Source of the DNA: Tubiluchus corallicola
Lineage: Eukaryota; Animalia; Priapulida
NCBI GenBank assembly: GCA_030141605.1
Contig: JAQGDQ010000008.1
Coordinates: 248,001-312,000, forward strand
Length of the DNA stretch: 64,000 nt
Direction of reading: 5' to 3'
The position numbers were made by a program, and so were the translations under genes. The notes beneath the pieces are model-generated. The model did no database searches and was not told where the DNA came from. It saw nothing but the letters and a program-made list of their open reading frames with translations. Within the stretch, counting starts at the first letter, position 1, and every line of letters starts with the position of its first letter. This document shows positions 48,694 to 62,824 of the stretch, piece by piece.

Positions 48694-51600
48694 CTACAGC
48701 TCGTCTTTCATAGAAAATTGTTTATCACAGTGGCAGGGCTCGCTTTCTTGGGGAACAAGTTCCATTTCTTCTGATATGGAGGGACTATGAAGCAAGCGTT
48801 TAGACCATTCCTATAACAAGAAAACGTTACAATAAATCTCCGTTCCTAGAAGATGTGTAAAGCCTAATAGGCATTTATAAAGTATTAAGGCACTGACACA
48901 CCACCAAATATTCAACTCAGAACCAACCCCTGAGAGCAAATTCTTACGGGCTTTGTAAAACAAACAAAACACTCAGATTTAACAACATCTTCTAGTAGTT
49001 CTGTTAAACTTGTATGCATGGTGTATTAACAAAATTGTAAATTCGCATATTTGAAACAAATTTGCTGAAATCCTGTTGTTATGTGCATTAGAGTTAAATC
49101 AACTGTAGCTGGAAGTGTGCCAGTGCTGATGAAAACCAACTACTCTCAAATTTTTGCTTGGTGAACTAAATAAATTTTTATTCACAACCTATGAAGAGAA
49201 AGACAATATCTTCAAAGCTTGTTAAATCTACAAAACTGACAAACCTTTCTCTTGTTCAAAGACACTTGAACACTAGTCATACTACCAATGCTAAACAGTT
49301 CACGAAGAAAGCTTTCTTATATGTTAGCATGAGGTGGTGTAAAAAACTGAAAAGTGCAAACTAAATAATTATAGCAAAGCTTTAAACTGGTTTATTTGTG
49401 TACCAACCTTAAATAAAACAGTATGATAGCAAAATACGTCATGAGGCAATAAGTTATTTCTAGCAAATTCTTGTGCATTTTGTGAGATTTCTTTAACCTG
49501 CAAATAACCAAAGGCACAAAATTACATTGTAATTACATTGCATTAAATAAAATATTAACCACAGGAAGTCCAACACAGATATCAAACCATTAAAGATAAG
49601 AAATAAAACAAACTTTCACAAAACTTGAAAAAACTACTTGACACTATTAATGTTCTATTTATTAATTATTTCACAATGTAATGGGACAATGCAAAAACAG
49701 TGTCTAGCCATGGGACAACAGGAAAAACAGTGTTTAGCCAAGGAACAACAGGAAAAACAGTGTCTAGCCATGGGGCAACAGGAAAAACCAGTGTCTAGCT
49801 ACGGAACAATGGAAAAAAGTGTCTAGTTATGGGGGAGTGGAAGGACAGGTCTAGCTACGGGTGGGTTGTCACTATGTACACGCTTCTACTCAAATGTACA
49901 TAAAAACTGTCGGTAATTGACTCAAATAGCTCCGCATAATTGACTCTATATTTTTCCTTCACATACTTAAAATAAGACATTTGTATGTGCCCAAAGGGCC
50001 TTTCCTACTTTTATGTCATCTTTGCTTCACTTTTGTGCACTATAATGTATGTAGAAACAATCATGTTAAGTACCATTTTGTTTGCAAGCATGTTTATCAT
50101 GCGCTAATAGGCTAACGTAGCAGTTTTGCTTTGAATCTGTTACCTGCTCGTCCACTGCAATTAATCTCGTTACCCAAGAATTTCTGGAAGCTAAACATTT
50201 TTAATCACTTGTCTAGCGGTTTCCTTTTGAAGCCTCATTGCAAATCACGCTTTCACGCTTAATCAGTTAACAGTCAAAGATGCAAGTACAGTAATCAGCC
50301 TGTATCAGACGAAATCACTTGCGAGGAAACAAGGTCACCACCAACTGCAGCTCAAATGCGCCCAAGTATTAAATGTTTTACGAAAATACATGCATCACAC
50401 AGCAACAGATTTTCAACATTTTTATAATTATGAGAACTTTGTGAGCCAACTTTTTCGCGAGAAAATGAAGCAGCGGACTTTGAAGGAACTTTTGTAATTT
50501 TTGCAAATAAACAGACTTGTGTGATTTAGAAAAGTACAGTTTTTAATATATTGCTAATTCACTTATATAAATTAATATTTTAAAATATATATTTTTGTAA
50601 ATTTTTACCTGCACAAAGGAATTTAGGCATTATTTCATTTCTAAAATTCATTAAAAACTTTTGCAGTGCATGCTAAGCTGATGACTCATACTTCCATACT
50701 AGTAATACTACACTCATCGGTTAATAGGTTCAGTCCGTTAATTGGGTCAAAACACTTCGGTCCCAAAGTGAGTCTATTAAGCAGTGCCTATTGTAATTGA
50801 ATATTATTATGCTATTAGTCCTTATTTTAAAATATGTAAATCTGTGAATTCTAATAAATTAAACTATAAATTTAAACATTACTTGCTGCTTGAGGTACTC
50901 AACATAGAGTGAACCTTATTCAACAAATGGAGCAATATTAATGTACTTGAATGCCATACAGTGTATTAAATATACAATGTAAAATGAAATACCTTTTCAT
51001 CATTGTTAGTCACCCAGTCCAACTGTTCCAGTAAGTCACTTAGATCATGCTTGAATGGAACATAATGCACAAATGCTTGCAACTGCTTATAAAAATATTC
51101 ATAGTACATGGAATCTTGTTTTAATACTACACTGTCGCCACCTAGCAAGTATGGAAACCGATATGCTGCAACTGTGCCATCAAGACTAATCTGATACTTG
51201 TACTGAAAATAAAATAAACAAACTAAGTTTAAGAATGATGTAAGCCTGTGCTAAACCTGTGCTAAAAAGTACCGGCAGCAGTTATAATAATACCTCTATA
51301 AATAATTTCTAGAAAGCTACTAGCCAAGCCATTGCTTTGCAATAAACATGTGAGCATTGTAATTACAGAAAAAGGCCAAATGTTATGCATAATGAACAAC
51401 TTGCAAGTGGTGAATGTTAATTGTTTAGCAGTTACAACATAAAAAATATTACTTTGTATAAAAACATAAAAACAAAGTCCAATTTCAAGCTGCAAAGGTT
51501 TCCCGAAATTATCTATTGCTTAATATTCTCTAAAACTTAGCTCCATAAAAAATTACCTGAAAGAAATCCATGAAAGACACATGCGGCACCTTTGGCCCAT

Positions 51601-54600
51601 ACACATGCTCTCTATCACGAAAGAAGAAAAAGTTTGTCAAAGCAGCATCGATTTTATCAGGATGTTGCCGCGACAAAGAGACCAAATCCAATCTCTCTTG
51701 TCTACTATCCCTACCTCTCCAGAATGCTTTAGTACTTTTGTTGTTCCAGCTTGGACCCGAATGGGCTTGCACAGATAACATGTCTAACATCACCCTAAAA
51801 ACAGTCAAATAAGTAATGCTATAAACAACTAATAGTCCTTTTCCCACTGCTAGTGCTATCTTCACATGTTAGCAGGTTTCCAGACAACTAACAGTGCTCT
51901 AGCACTAGGGAATTTTTTTTTTTTTTGCTTGATACTTAATCAAATGTCCAACTCAAGTTATATTTTTTGGTATCCATAAGGCACTTCACATTTTACCTGG
52001 CACGAGGTTTAGTTTGATAGATTATGTGATATCACAACTAAAGTTATGTGATAACGAATATGATTAGCTTGGATAGATGACAACGAGAAAAAACTTATTG
52101 GACTAGTAGTTATATGTATTACAAACCTTCCTTGCATTTCTAGAGAAGATTCAGTCAAGTCGTACGTTGGCATTACAATGTCATAAGTTTCATCAGAACC
52201 ACACCAAGAGAACAACGGAAGAGGATCTTTAGTTCTGCTTCTGTGCTCTAATGGCCAGTCTCCTAGATTTACTATAAATTCCATGTCTGGTAGCTTTACC
52301 TTAAAACAGTAAAATATCAATAGATAATATATGTCATTATTAAGTACTGTAAAATATCAGTAAATAATACATGTCATTATCAGGCTAAACCAATAGGCAA
52401 TTAATACATCAGTAAACATTACTGAATAATAATATTAATAAAAATTACAAACATTTCAATATTTAAATACTAAAAAAAGCTTCATGAGCTTAAACATTAA
52501 ATTAAAATATAGTGCATAACTGAGAGTAAGGATAATAAGGAAACTGACAAAAGACAGATTCCAGTCCTGCCATATTCAGCACTACTTATAGTTTAGCATA
52601 ACAGATCCTAATTGGAATGGCCATCTGTTTGGACAATATGTGTAAAAAATGCAATGTAGCCTAGAAATATTAGCAACTAAATGAAGAACAGAATAGTAGC
52701 TGTTCAGTCTCAAACAAACAGATAAGAAAATCTTCATTTCACCCATATTAATGCCATTTCTATATGTATGATGTTAGCATCTGTTTTATATTAACCAAAT
52801 AATGTAATTTGATTTCTGCCTACCATTTTCTTTTAAACAACTAGGTTTGGCAAAAGAAGTGCAGTTAATATCCAATATATGAAAGAATACCTTCCTCCCG
52901 AGAGACAAAAGTATATTATCCATGAACATTTTGAACCCCACATGTTGCCCATAACAGGTTCGATAAACCTGAAAAGAGATCTGACAATAATTAATATAGA
53001 AAATTTGTCCAAAAAAGTTTTTTATTTCAATTGTTGCAAATTAGATAACAAACTTTTTCACATGTTCATCCTAGTCAAACATATCAACATGTTACAGAAA
53101 CCAACAATACAAAAAAAAATTTCAAACCTATCTACTCATAAGTTCTGAATGTAAGCAAATTAGGCCATATATAAAAGCAAACGTACACTACAAAATCAAA
53201 AATAAAGGAACTTTTCATGTTCAAAACAAATTCCCAAACAATCATTCATGAGGTCCCTAAATGAAATGTCACTGATAGTCAAGGCATTCACCGTTAATGT
53301 GAGAAGTTTAGTCAACATTAGCGATAAACATAGAAATGCTTAGCGGTACCATATTACCGCACCTTTGTGGTACTGTATTAACTGCATGTTTCTATGATTT
53401 TTAAGTAGCTGCATTAGATGGCTGTATGCTACTATACATACGTTATTTTTCAAAACCACATAGTGGCAGATGCTGTGCATTCCCGCCTGATTAAATTTTT
53501 TCACTGCTTGGGGTACCACTACTTTCATCTCCACTTTTTTGAATGTAGCCAAATCTGAATCTATCTGCTCGTAACTGGCTGGGCAGTTTAGATCCTTAAG
53601 AAACTGTTCTAAGTCTGGTTCAGGACAAGAACATTTCTCATGATAGGCCCAACCTAAGAAACAAAATGCAATAAGTTTTGTTAGTCAAAAAATTTAAGAT
53701 TTTAGAAGATCTTATTAAAGTACAGCAATAATTAATTCAACTGATGAAAATACATATGCTTATGGTACAAGACTGAATACTTACGCGACAACACCAGCAA
53801 ACACATACATTGTACAAATTCTAAATTTTAAGTATGCGAAAGTATATTAAATTGCTATAGATAGGAACGTTTTAATCAACATTACATCTATATGGGTTTT
53901 CTTTTATAACATAATGAGCATGTACCATTAAATTTTTTCATATTAAGCTCCAAAACAACTGAAAACAATTATCAAATTGTCATCGAGCAGTTACGAACTT
54001 GACTATGGTCTAAGGTTCTGTGTTCGAACCCCATTGCCATCTGAGTAGTGAGTACCTGATTGACAATCACGTCAGAAAGACAGTCACCTGACCTCTTATT
54101 GTACCAAGAATTCCAAAATAGATGCCATAATCCAAAACATAACTAGATTTTATTGTAGTATCTGTTCCTATATTTCGTAGGAGACATGTTCCTTTTCTTC
54201 TTCTTCTTCTTCTTCATGAGCAAGCCTAGCTATCGAATGTAAGACCTGAACATTTTTGAAACCTAAAATACGTGAAAAAAATATATACCTTGAAGAAGAT
54301 AAGGTGAATAAGCCACATGTTTCCCATCATGAGTAATTGAAATCTGCAAATCTTTGTAGGTCTCAAACAGCCTAAATCGTACAATGTAGGACCCATCATG
54401 CCGGTCTAACAGTTGCGTCCAGATTCTTGCCCGTCTTCCATCAGTCGTATCAACTTTCACATCAAATGCTGCCCCAACAGATTTTGTTAAACTAACGCAG
54501 AATACAAAACACTTAAATTGCATACTTTATATCTTATACTCTGAAACTAAGCCAAACTTGCCTTAACTAATCAAGGCAACCCACATCTTATGTCTTGCTA

Positions 54601-55625
54601 CACTCCTACATGTATGCTATTTCATGTGTTTTAAATGTACCTCTAGTACTGCACAACACACCCTAACAGCAACCCTTTAAAATTGTCTGGTGACTTTAAA
54701 GTAAACAAAAATACTGTCACACAAAATTACCTCACGGCTTAAATATTTATCGGTATAAAAAAACCTTTATGTTTGCAGACTGCAGCTTTGCATATCATAT
54801 GAGTATTCACAAGCTCCATTGCCTTACCAAAGTTGTATTTTTATATTAAGGCTATTTTGTATTGTTGTTATATTGTTATATTTTGGAAACATAACACTAA
54901 TGACACATGTCACCACAGTTAGAGGCACAGATGAAATGTGATCATTTTATGCTAAACTGATATTACTCAGAATTGACAGTGCCGATGTAACTATGCATTC
55001 ATAGGCTGTGCAATTGCAGAGGGGACTTGGGCAAGAAAAAGAGCCATCAAAGGCACAAAAGTAATGACCAATACTAGTCTACATTTCATGTACTGTAGGC
55101 TTTACCTATAAAACTGCTTGCTATTTATAAACTCTATCAATGAAAATGACTGCTAGAATGCACAATCGAAATGTCTGTAGTATTGATATTTTAACCATTT
55201 TTGTACGTTTTAAAGTTCTTAATTTAAACCACATGGTAAAATAGATGTGTATCCTTTACATCCCAGAGGCTGTGGGTTTGATACCATAGCCAAGTTATAC
55301 CAAAAATTTTAAAAATGGTGCCTTACTAAAAAGTAATATTAATGTGGCAAAAAATAATTATTCTTATCAAATTAAGTGTACACTATTACTGAAACAAACT
55401 TACAAGTGGAAACCCAAGAGATGTATAAATAACTTACTTGATTTTATGTTCACTGACAGCTTGAATGAAAAAGTATCTAGCTGGTAAATAAAAACTAGTC
55501 TCAAGTCCAGGGCCCCAAACAATTGATTCTTCAACACTTAAACGAACATTTTCCAAAAATACGCACTTGTAGCACAATACAATCACAAGGCATAGCAAAC
55601 GACTAAATACAATTAATGGTTTCAT
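48694..55625 (-). CDS. POGLUT2: Protein O-glucosyltransferase 2/3-like (KDELC, GT90/CAP10 with filamin-like domain), complement(join(48694..48810,49408..49497,50993..51202,51557..51794,52127..52299,52891..52968,53442..53653,54289..54491,55438..55625)), 502 aa
   Basis: Nine GT-AG exons join in frame (1509 nt). Signal peptide; motifs [74 protein letters not shown]; C-terminal KDEL then TAG TAG. Confidence 0.95.
49681..49860. repeat. Minisatellite, 30-bp unit GGRACAACAGGAAAAACAGTGTCTAGCCAT, ~6 copies, in POGLUT2 intron 7
   Basis: Direct reading of tandem units. Confidence 0.9.
55225..55325 (+). mobile_element. Degenerate tRNA-derived SINE head in POGLUT2 intron 1
   Basis: B-box-like GGGTTTGATACC followed by GTTATACCAAAAATTTTAAAAATGGTG; similar decayed GGTTCGAA heads near 18820, 45480, 47695 and 54022. 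Confidence 0.35.
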
Positions 55626-55694
55626 TACTATTTTGTTAAATAATAGAGTAAATGAAAGATAATTTAAATTTTACTGATACAGTGCAAAACACAC

Positions 55695-55900
55695 TTTTAC
55701 AAGAGCGCCGCCATGTTGCGATGCTAGCGCTAGCTAATAAACGCCTGATCTAAAATCTATTAAAACGGCAATGTGTAAAAAGAGGAAGTGACGAAATTCT
55801 ATTGTTACGTATTTCGTTTTTCCGATTAGCGGCTACGCTGGCGGCATCAAACGGCGGATGATTAAAAAATTCACTAGCGGCGAATGTTGCGCAGTAGGAC
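55695..55900 (-). promoter_or_regulatory. CpG-enriched putative POGLUT2 promoter with YY1-like and ETS/CRE-like motifs
   Basis: GCCGCCATGTTG at 55707-55718 (YY1 consensus CGCCATnTT) and GGAAGTGACG at ~55784-55793, 80-170 bp upstream of the ATG. Confidence 0.5.
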
Positions 55901-56004
55901 TTTCCCTACTTTGTTTTTGTATACTTTGTAAACGGTTTGAAACTATAAAGTCAAGCGGCAATATTTATCGTAAACACAATTACAGGCTTCTGTTCACTGA
56001 CCAC

Positions 56005-56393
56005 TAGGGGTGAACATTCTCTACTAGAATCGAATTCAAAGTAAAATCGAAATTGTGACCTTTGATTTCGAATCAAACCGAATTTCAGTCGAATTCGAAT
56101 TGAATTTGAAAGATTTTCGAGCCCTCAGTAAAAAGCTGTTTTACAAAGATCGTGCATAGGCCCTATTACTCGATTTGGTTCTGCAATAAAACCACCAATA
56201 ATTAGTTTTGAAAATTGCTCACAAAAATCCCAACTAAATTGTGCTAATTGCGTGATGTTTAAAACGTTTTAATGACAAAAAACGTATGTTGTTGAAGTGC
56301 TGAATTATCCGAATTTATAATTTTAGGCTCGAATCGCATTCGAATTTAAAAAACGCATTCGAGTCGATTTCGAACGTTCGATGCTCACCCCTA
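56005..56393. mobile_element. hAT-type MITE (~390 bp)
   Basis: TIRs TAGGGGTGAACAT / ATGCTCACCCCTA; 8-bp flanks CTGACCAC vs CTGACTAG (6/8); many subterminal TCGAAT/ATTCGA repeats. Confidence 0.8.
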
Positions 56394-57936
56394 CTGACTA
56401 GTGGACAATGTCTAGTATCTAGTGTTAATGCACTGACAAGCGTTTAACAGGTTGCACGACTTTTCTCTTTTGTCAAACAACATGTTTAAGAGAGTTAAAA
56501 AGCACATTTCCTCGTGTGGAAACACCTGGTAAAAACCTACATGGTTAGATTAAAAATTTCAAAAACTTCAATGCTTTCTAATCGTGTGTAATACAATAAA
56601 TTTTGTTGCGTCGGTTACTTGCACTAGTTTAGTTGATTGCTTCATTCGTTGCAATTCACGTATAGCTTTTTTATATTAACTGCCAATAACTGACATTTAA
56701 GCCTAATCACAGTTTAAACAAGAATTGCATTTTCAAACCCACAGCATTCTAGACAGTATGCGTATGTTAATGTGTGTACACTATAATCAGACAGCTAATA
56801 ATGTTACTGAGTTGGTAATAATTATAACAATTTGTTAAGTCAGTTGTTCTTGTGCAGTAGCATGAAATATCTGTAGAGAAAAATTTCCAAAAATTTTGTA
56901 GTTTAGTTTTGTAGTAATGTGGATTACAGTAGTTGTATAGTAGAACATGCAGACGAACTGGCATCTATACAGACAAGCAGTCATACAAGTTAACAGCACA
57001 GCAATAAATGTTATATTTGCGTGATTTTATGTTTGAGTTTAGAAACACAGAAAACCTTATAAAAAACAAACTCTGATGTCTTTTTATCTCACACAACAGA
57101 AAAGGTTTATTTTAAAACAAAACTGAAAACTGTTGCATTTCGCCACACTTTAACTAACTAGAACTCAATTACAGACAGAAGTACAGACGGCTTCTGGCTG
57201 GTAGTAAATAAGTAAAACAAAAGAATAAAACTGTTCGCATGGTATCGCCAAGAGAGTGTAACAGAGATGCAGCGGTCTGAAGTATGTAAGATACGCATCT
57301 GCAGTCCGCAAAAGGTAAGTGCGCTGTCCGCAAAATCCACGTAGTAAAAACGATTTTTGAGACCACAATCGCCAAAATCCGCGAAACAAGACGGGGTGGC
57401 ATTTTTCCTATACAATGTCTACGTAATCTACTAATCTAGCTAATACCTTTGTGTAACATTTAACATGTTTTAAAACTTGTCTAGTCTAATAAAATTTGTG
57501 CATTTTTGGATTTTATTTAACTATACAAGTATAAAACAAACAATGAATAGAGTAGCCAGTATATTTTCGCAAGTCATTTTAATAACTGTACATGTACTTT
57601 ACTGATTAGCTGCCTTATTTACTTTTATTACGGCAAATTCTGGCAAATTCCGTATAATATTCTGTACATTGTGTACAAACCAATGTGTACGAGAAATTGT
57701 TTTTATGAGGAAAGCTTATTCTCGAACTAATTAATTTTCATCAAATAGATAATCAATAATCACCACAGAATCCTATAAGTAAGCTCAGCATTTCTATTAT
57801 CAAAAAATACAAGTCCACAACAACACGCTCCATAAATGGCAGTACCACAAATTCGCAATCCGCATTAAGAAGCAACTTTTGACTACGCGTCCGCAGTATC
57901 CTCCATAAACCTTGAGATGACAGATATCAACATTAT

Positions 57937-60832
57937 TTAAACCGAAATTGAACCTGCCAGTAAACCTAGAAAATTGTATAGAAGTTTGTGCCAAAGTTGG
58001 CCACGATCATGCAGATATGCAGCATGGCTGCCACCAGGGATGATTTCTATTTGACTATCTGGAATGTTATTCATAAGTTCGGCAGAAAAGGCGGCACCAC
58101 GGTCGCGAGAACCGTAAACAATCATTGCGGGAATCTGCAATAATCAAAAAGTAATTTTATTTTAAATTTACGTATACGATAATAATATTGCTTTTAAAAA
58201 GGCAAGAAAAACGAACAAGAATTAATCGTGATCTAGCCTTGTTGGTGAAAGATCGTGATAGTGTAATTAAGGGTCTCAGAAAATACTTGTTCCCTCCCAC
58301 TGTACAGAAGAAATCGAAAAATACATAAAACCCAAAAAACATAAGAAAGAACATTTAATTTTGGATAGAGAACACTAGCTTAATATCCAGGGACGTGATA
58401 AATAATATTCTGTATTTATCACGTCCCTGTTATTTAATACGGTCAATTATTCGCAGCTCTGGCGGTCATAAATGGAAAGGGATACGATTCGTGTTGGTCT
58501 CTCAATGTGAACAGTGTTATGACTCATTTTTTCAACAACTTCGCAGATTTTTGATTTCTGATAATAGAAAGTGGACAGGCTTTGGAAACACATTAAATAA
58601 GAAATATTATAATGATTAAAAAATTATAAAAAGACCTATTCATACCTACTTGTGATGACTTTAAGTATAGTGAACTATCACTCCCTGTACATACTGCCTG
58701 AAATTAGGTGGCACCAAACTTAATAATTGGATGGCGACCACCAGGTAAATTTTTTCCTGAGTGGCTTCACTGCCATACTGCTGCAACTTAATAGCTCGTT
58801 AAGGGGGGCGCACGTGGATTGACACCTGGCTAATTAAGACACGTCTGCTGGCTTGGTGTCTCATCTGAGAAAATTAGCATATGGCATAAGGAGCTAGCCT
58901 TATATAGGTTCTGGCCAACCATAGCCATCTACGTAAGGAGTAACTCATGCCGTTGAATGCCGGTCCCTGCATTTCAAAAGCGCTAAATACTAAACAATGA
59001 TCTTGCGGTTGATTGTGGAAAGGACTTCTTCTTAGTTAAGAATTAAAATGTGATATCAGGAACTTTAAATTCAAGCGAGGTGGAAAAACCGGTTCTAGAC
59101 TCCGCGAAAGAAACTATAATACTGCCGAATGTTCCACTGCAATTTAACTTTTTAAAACAGCTGCGACATATTAAGGTTTAACCTCCATACTAGTGCTGCT
59201 GTTAATTAGAATTAAGTTGTTGTGCTTGAAAATTTACACATAACAAAGAACTTACAGTCACTTTTTTATAATCTTCGGCACTATATGTGCTGGCGGCTCC
59301 AGGTGCGACAGGAATGAAACCGCCCATTTTGTCAAAATGTGCAAACAGGTAGGGTAATGCGTACGAACCACTTGCACTCGGTGAGATAATGACAGGTTTC
59401 ACCAGTCCCAGCGCGTCGATAATCATCATCATGAAAGTTGACCTATCTGCAATGCCCCTAGTTCTTGTGCTTCGACCTCTAAAGAAACCTGGCAAAATAC
59501 ATATTTGCTTTTAATCTACATGTACGGACAACGTGCCAGCTTACCTGCCTGTCTGCTTTCCCATCTGTCTGTCTGTATGTATGCATGTTTGTCTGTCTAT
59601 CTGTTTGTCTGTCTGACTAACTGGTCTGTCTTTCTCTCCATCCGTCTATTTACACGATATTATCTGCTGTCAGAGAAACAAAATCGTCATTTTCTGTTTA
59701 TTTTACCTGGTAAGTCAATAGCCGCTACCCTGTGTCCCATAGCAGCGAGCATATTAATTGTGTTTAAACTCTTCCAAGTTTCAGAAGAGTACACTGCTCC
59801 GTGCAACAAAAGTATGTCAACACCTGTGGACGTTTCATTGTTTGCCATTTCTGCTGCTGCATCGCCTATTGACCCATCTGCCTGCATGCCATTATTGGCC
59901 TGCATATCTGCCTGCATGCCGTTGTCAGATTGTATATCTGCCATAATTTCAGCTGTTTCAGAAAATCCAGCTCGTTGAAAGTAAATACTAAAACCCTAGA
60001 AGTAAAGGTACATTATGCTCTGAATCAAAGATAATGTATGTAATCAAAATGTCTAGTCTTCATTAAGCAGTTACACAGAATTCGCACCTCACGTTTACTG
60101 AGTAACTGTCAGTTATCATTAGCATCAAAAGAAAATGCTGTGAAGCGTCGCCTTCCCTGTGAATTACCCATTTAAGGCTCATCTCCTGTTAAGATTAGTC
60201 CTCAAGAAGTAACTGACTTGTAATAAAATGTTTAACAGATTTCGTTTTAAAGCCACATGTAATATACAAATCGCTCTTTGTATTTTTATCTTTATTCTTT
60301 ATTAAGAAACCGTACTCTACAAAACAAGCGAAATGCACGCATTCAAAAAACTAATTAAAAAAATTAATGATAACTGAAGAAGCAACACATTTACCTAGTG
60401 ACTTTTATACGTTTAAAATATAAAATATGTACTCTGAAACATCCTGCATGAATTTTTGATAAAAAGTAGTCAAGCGTTAAGTACGGTCTATGCTTTTTCA
60501 CAGTGCACTGTCAAATGTCCCATTATTGCCACCAACCTGCCACCATTGGCATTTTTGTGGGCAGCTCAGTGACGTCTTTAACACAAGAACTGCAGTTGTT
60601 GTAGGTGCACCAACTGTTGTTTGCTTCTACTTACCGGAATATCCACAAACCCATTTTCAATCTGAACGAGCCCAGCTTTGTTTAGTACATCTCCTGGTAC
60701 TTCGTGTTTCGTCAAGTCTACCGTTTTCCAAGGCACGATTAAAGGACCATCCTGGGCTACTAAACTGTCATGGAGTCCTTTATCTTGGGCTGTCACAAGA
60801 ATGACTAGAACTAGAGCCATCAATTTCTTCAT
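57937..60832 (-). CDS. ABHD14: ABHD14-family alpha/beta hydrolase, complement(join(57937..58134,59256..59488,59707..59995,60635..60832)), ~305 aa
   Basis: Four GT-AG exons in frame; motifs ILLLHG, AIDLPG, SPSASG (SxSxS nucleophile), FIPVAP, IVYGSRD, HAAYL; hydrophobic N-terminus. Confidence 0.88.
59540..59650. repeat. Degenerate (TCTG)n tetranucleotide tract in ABHD14 intron 2
   Basis: Direct. Confidence 0.8.
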
Positions 60833-62214
60833 GTCTGAAAAAATGACATCGCGCTAGTGTAGTTAAACACTAACTGAAAGCTGAACACTGCAAAGTTGGT
60901 ACGTTGATTAATTCAAATAAAGGTAAATCGTCTTTTTTCGTATTTCAGAACGTTAATAGTAATTCGTATTATTACCTACTACTTTTATACTACTGTACTG
61001 TTGTTAAACGATCTACTAAGTTTAAATTGATATTAAAAGTTCTACAAAGACGATGGAGCTCACCTGTTTAATTTACCTTTAATAGAAACTAAAGTCCCTT
61101 GAATTTAAGACTGGAATTAAAAAAGTTATCTTAATATTAAAACCATGTACAATTCGCAGAAAAAAATATCAGAAAAGGAGTCACGTACCTTTAAACTGAG
61201 CTAGACTCCAACTTGTGCTAACAAAGTCTGACTACCGTGTGGTATTTTGCCTTTGGCGTTTGTAGGTTATGTAAGAACTTTGTCTAGTAAAAACTGTGAA
61301 AGTAGTAAATTCTTTGAACATGCACCAACATATTAGTCGAGAATTCCATGAAGCATAACCAAAACTTAATGACATTGACCCTCGTGACTTGCATATATGT
61401 TCAGGTGTGGTAATCGAATACAGTTTAACTTGATTTGATTTAACCATCTCAGGATTGCCAAGGCTACTTAAAATTAACTATTAAAAATCACCGGCTGATA
61501 ATGCTTTCCTGCCTATAGGTGTCACCACGATATGTTGGCGTATCATTAATGATGTAGCAACAAATTACAGTAAATAACTGTAGTTCCATACTGGGATCCG
61601 GCACACAACGGCATGCCGTACTCAACGTAAATAGTTGTGACAGGACTGGAATCTCATTATCAAAGATGGGACACGGACCTGACAAAAATCGGTCACCTTG
61701 GCCATCTTTGAATGTGTATAAATCCTCCATTAATAAGATTCGCTCAGCATTCATATTGCCACAGCCGTTCCCAAACTGTTCACTAATCTGCCTCAGGGTT
61801 GCTCAACCTTAGTCACACAGCGCATACAGTAACCATTCTACTGTTCATTTTGCTCCTTTGTATTTAAAAATTGAAGACCAAGGGAATTTTATACTGCAAC
61901 TAATGTAACGGTTTGTAACTCAAGTATTTCATCCATTTATATTGTAGATGTCTGCAGCAATAAAGAGTAATATTGAACTTTTTGTAATGCTACTGATCTC
62001 GCTGTTGGGGTGCTCCGGATACCGCTAGGCACAATTGCTAACTACATATACACATGTGCCTTGTAAAAACAACTACATTGTGTCATTAACAACTAAAGTG
62101 TACGTTAACAAATCAATGACAATAATACACTGGTATTGTAGGGTCTAGTGTTAGTTTGACTATTGGCTGAGTTTACGTGTCTTAAGGGCAGATTTTTTAT
62201 AATTCTGCCTGCTC

Positions 62215-62320
62215 AATAATGACGAAGACGACAACGATGATGATGAGTATGATGATAATGATGTTGGTGATGATGATGTGGATGATAATGGCAATAAAGA
62301 TGACGATAATTGCATGATGA
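62215..62320. repeat. Degenerate (GAT)n tract
   Basis: Direct. Confidence 0.85.
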
Positions 62321-62824
62321 TTTTCAGTGAAGGACGGAAAACCAAATTGTGAATTTGTATTTCAGAGATCCAGCTGTACTTAAATAAGCGTGATACACAA
62401 GTCATTTTGTTGAGCAACCAAATTTAATGTTGTCTGATAAAAACAGTTACTACGTCGAAGCCCTAAACTAACTTAAAGTAAAGAATTTTATTTAGCAACC
62501 ATTAAGAACCATTACTTTGTAACAACACATAAAGCTTCTGTAACAAAAAAAACTAATAGTTTAAGTCATTATAAGTTGCTAAACTAATAGTTTTTATTGA
62601 GTAAATAAAAACTTTTTGAATGTGAATATTTAAAGGAAAAAGTACACTATTTTGTACCATGACATTATACTTACAGACGCCTTCCTAGACATTCATAGAC
62701 TTAGAACATTAAATTCATTTATACATATCCTTCAGTAAGTGATTAACTGAAAGCTATTGATTTAATAATTTACACGTTTTTGTGCACTTTTACACTTACA
62801 CACTCCATACATACATCGATTTCT

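Noticed and set aside
57290-57410. Repeated TCCGC motifs with three overlapping short ORFs
   Set aside because: Looks like a transposon subterminal remnant, but I could not identify paired TIRs or a TSD.
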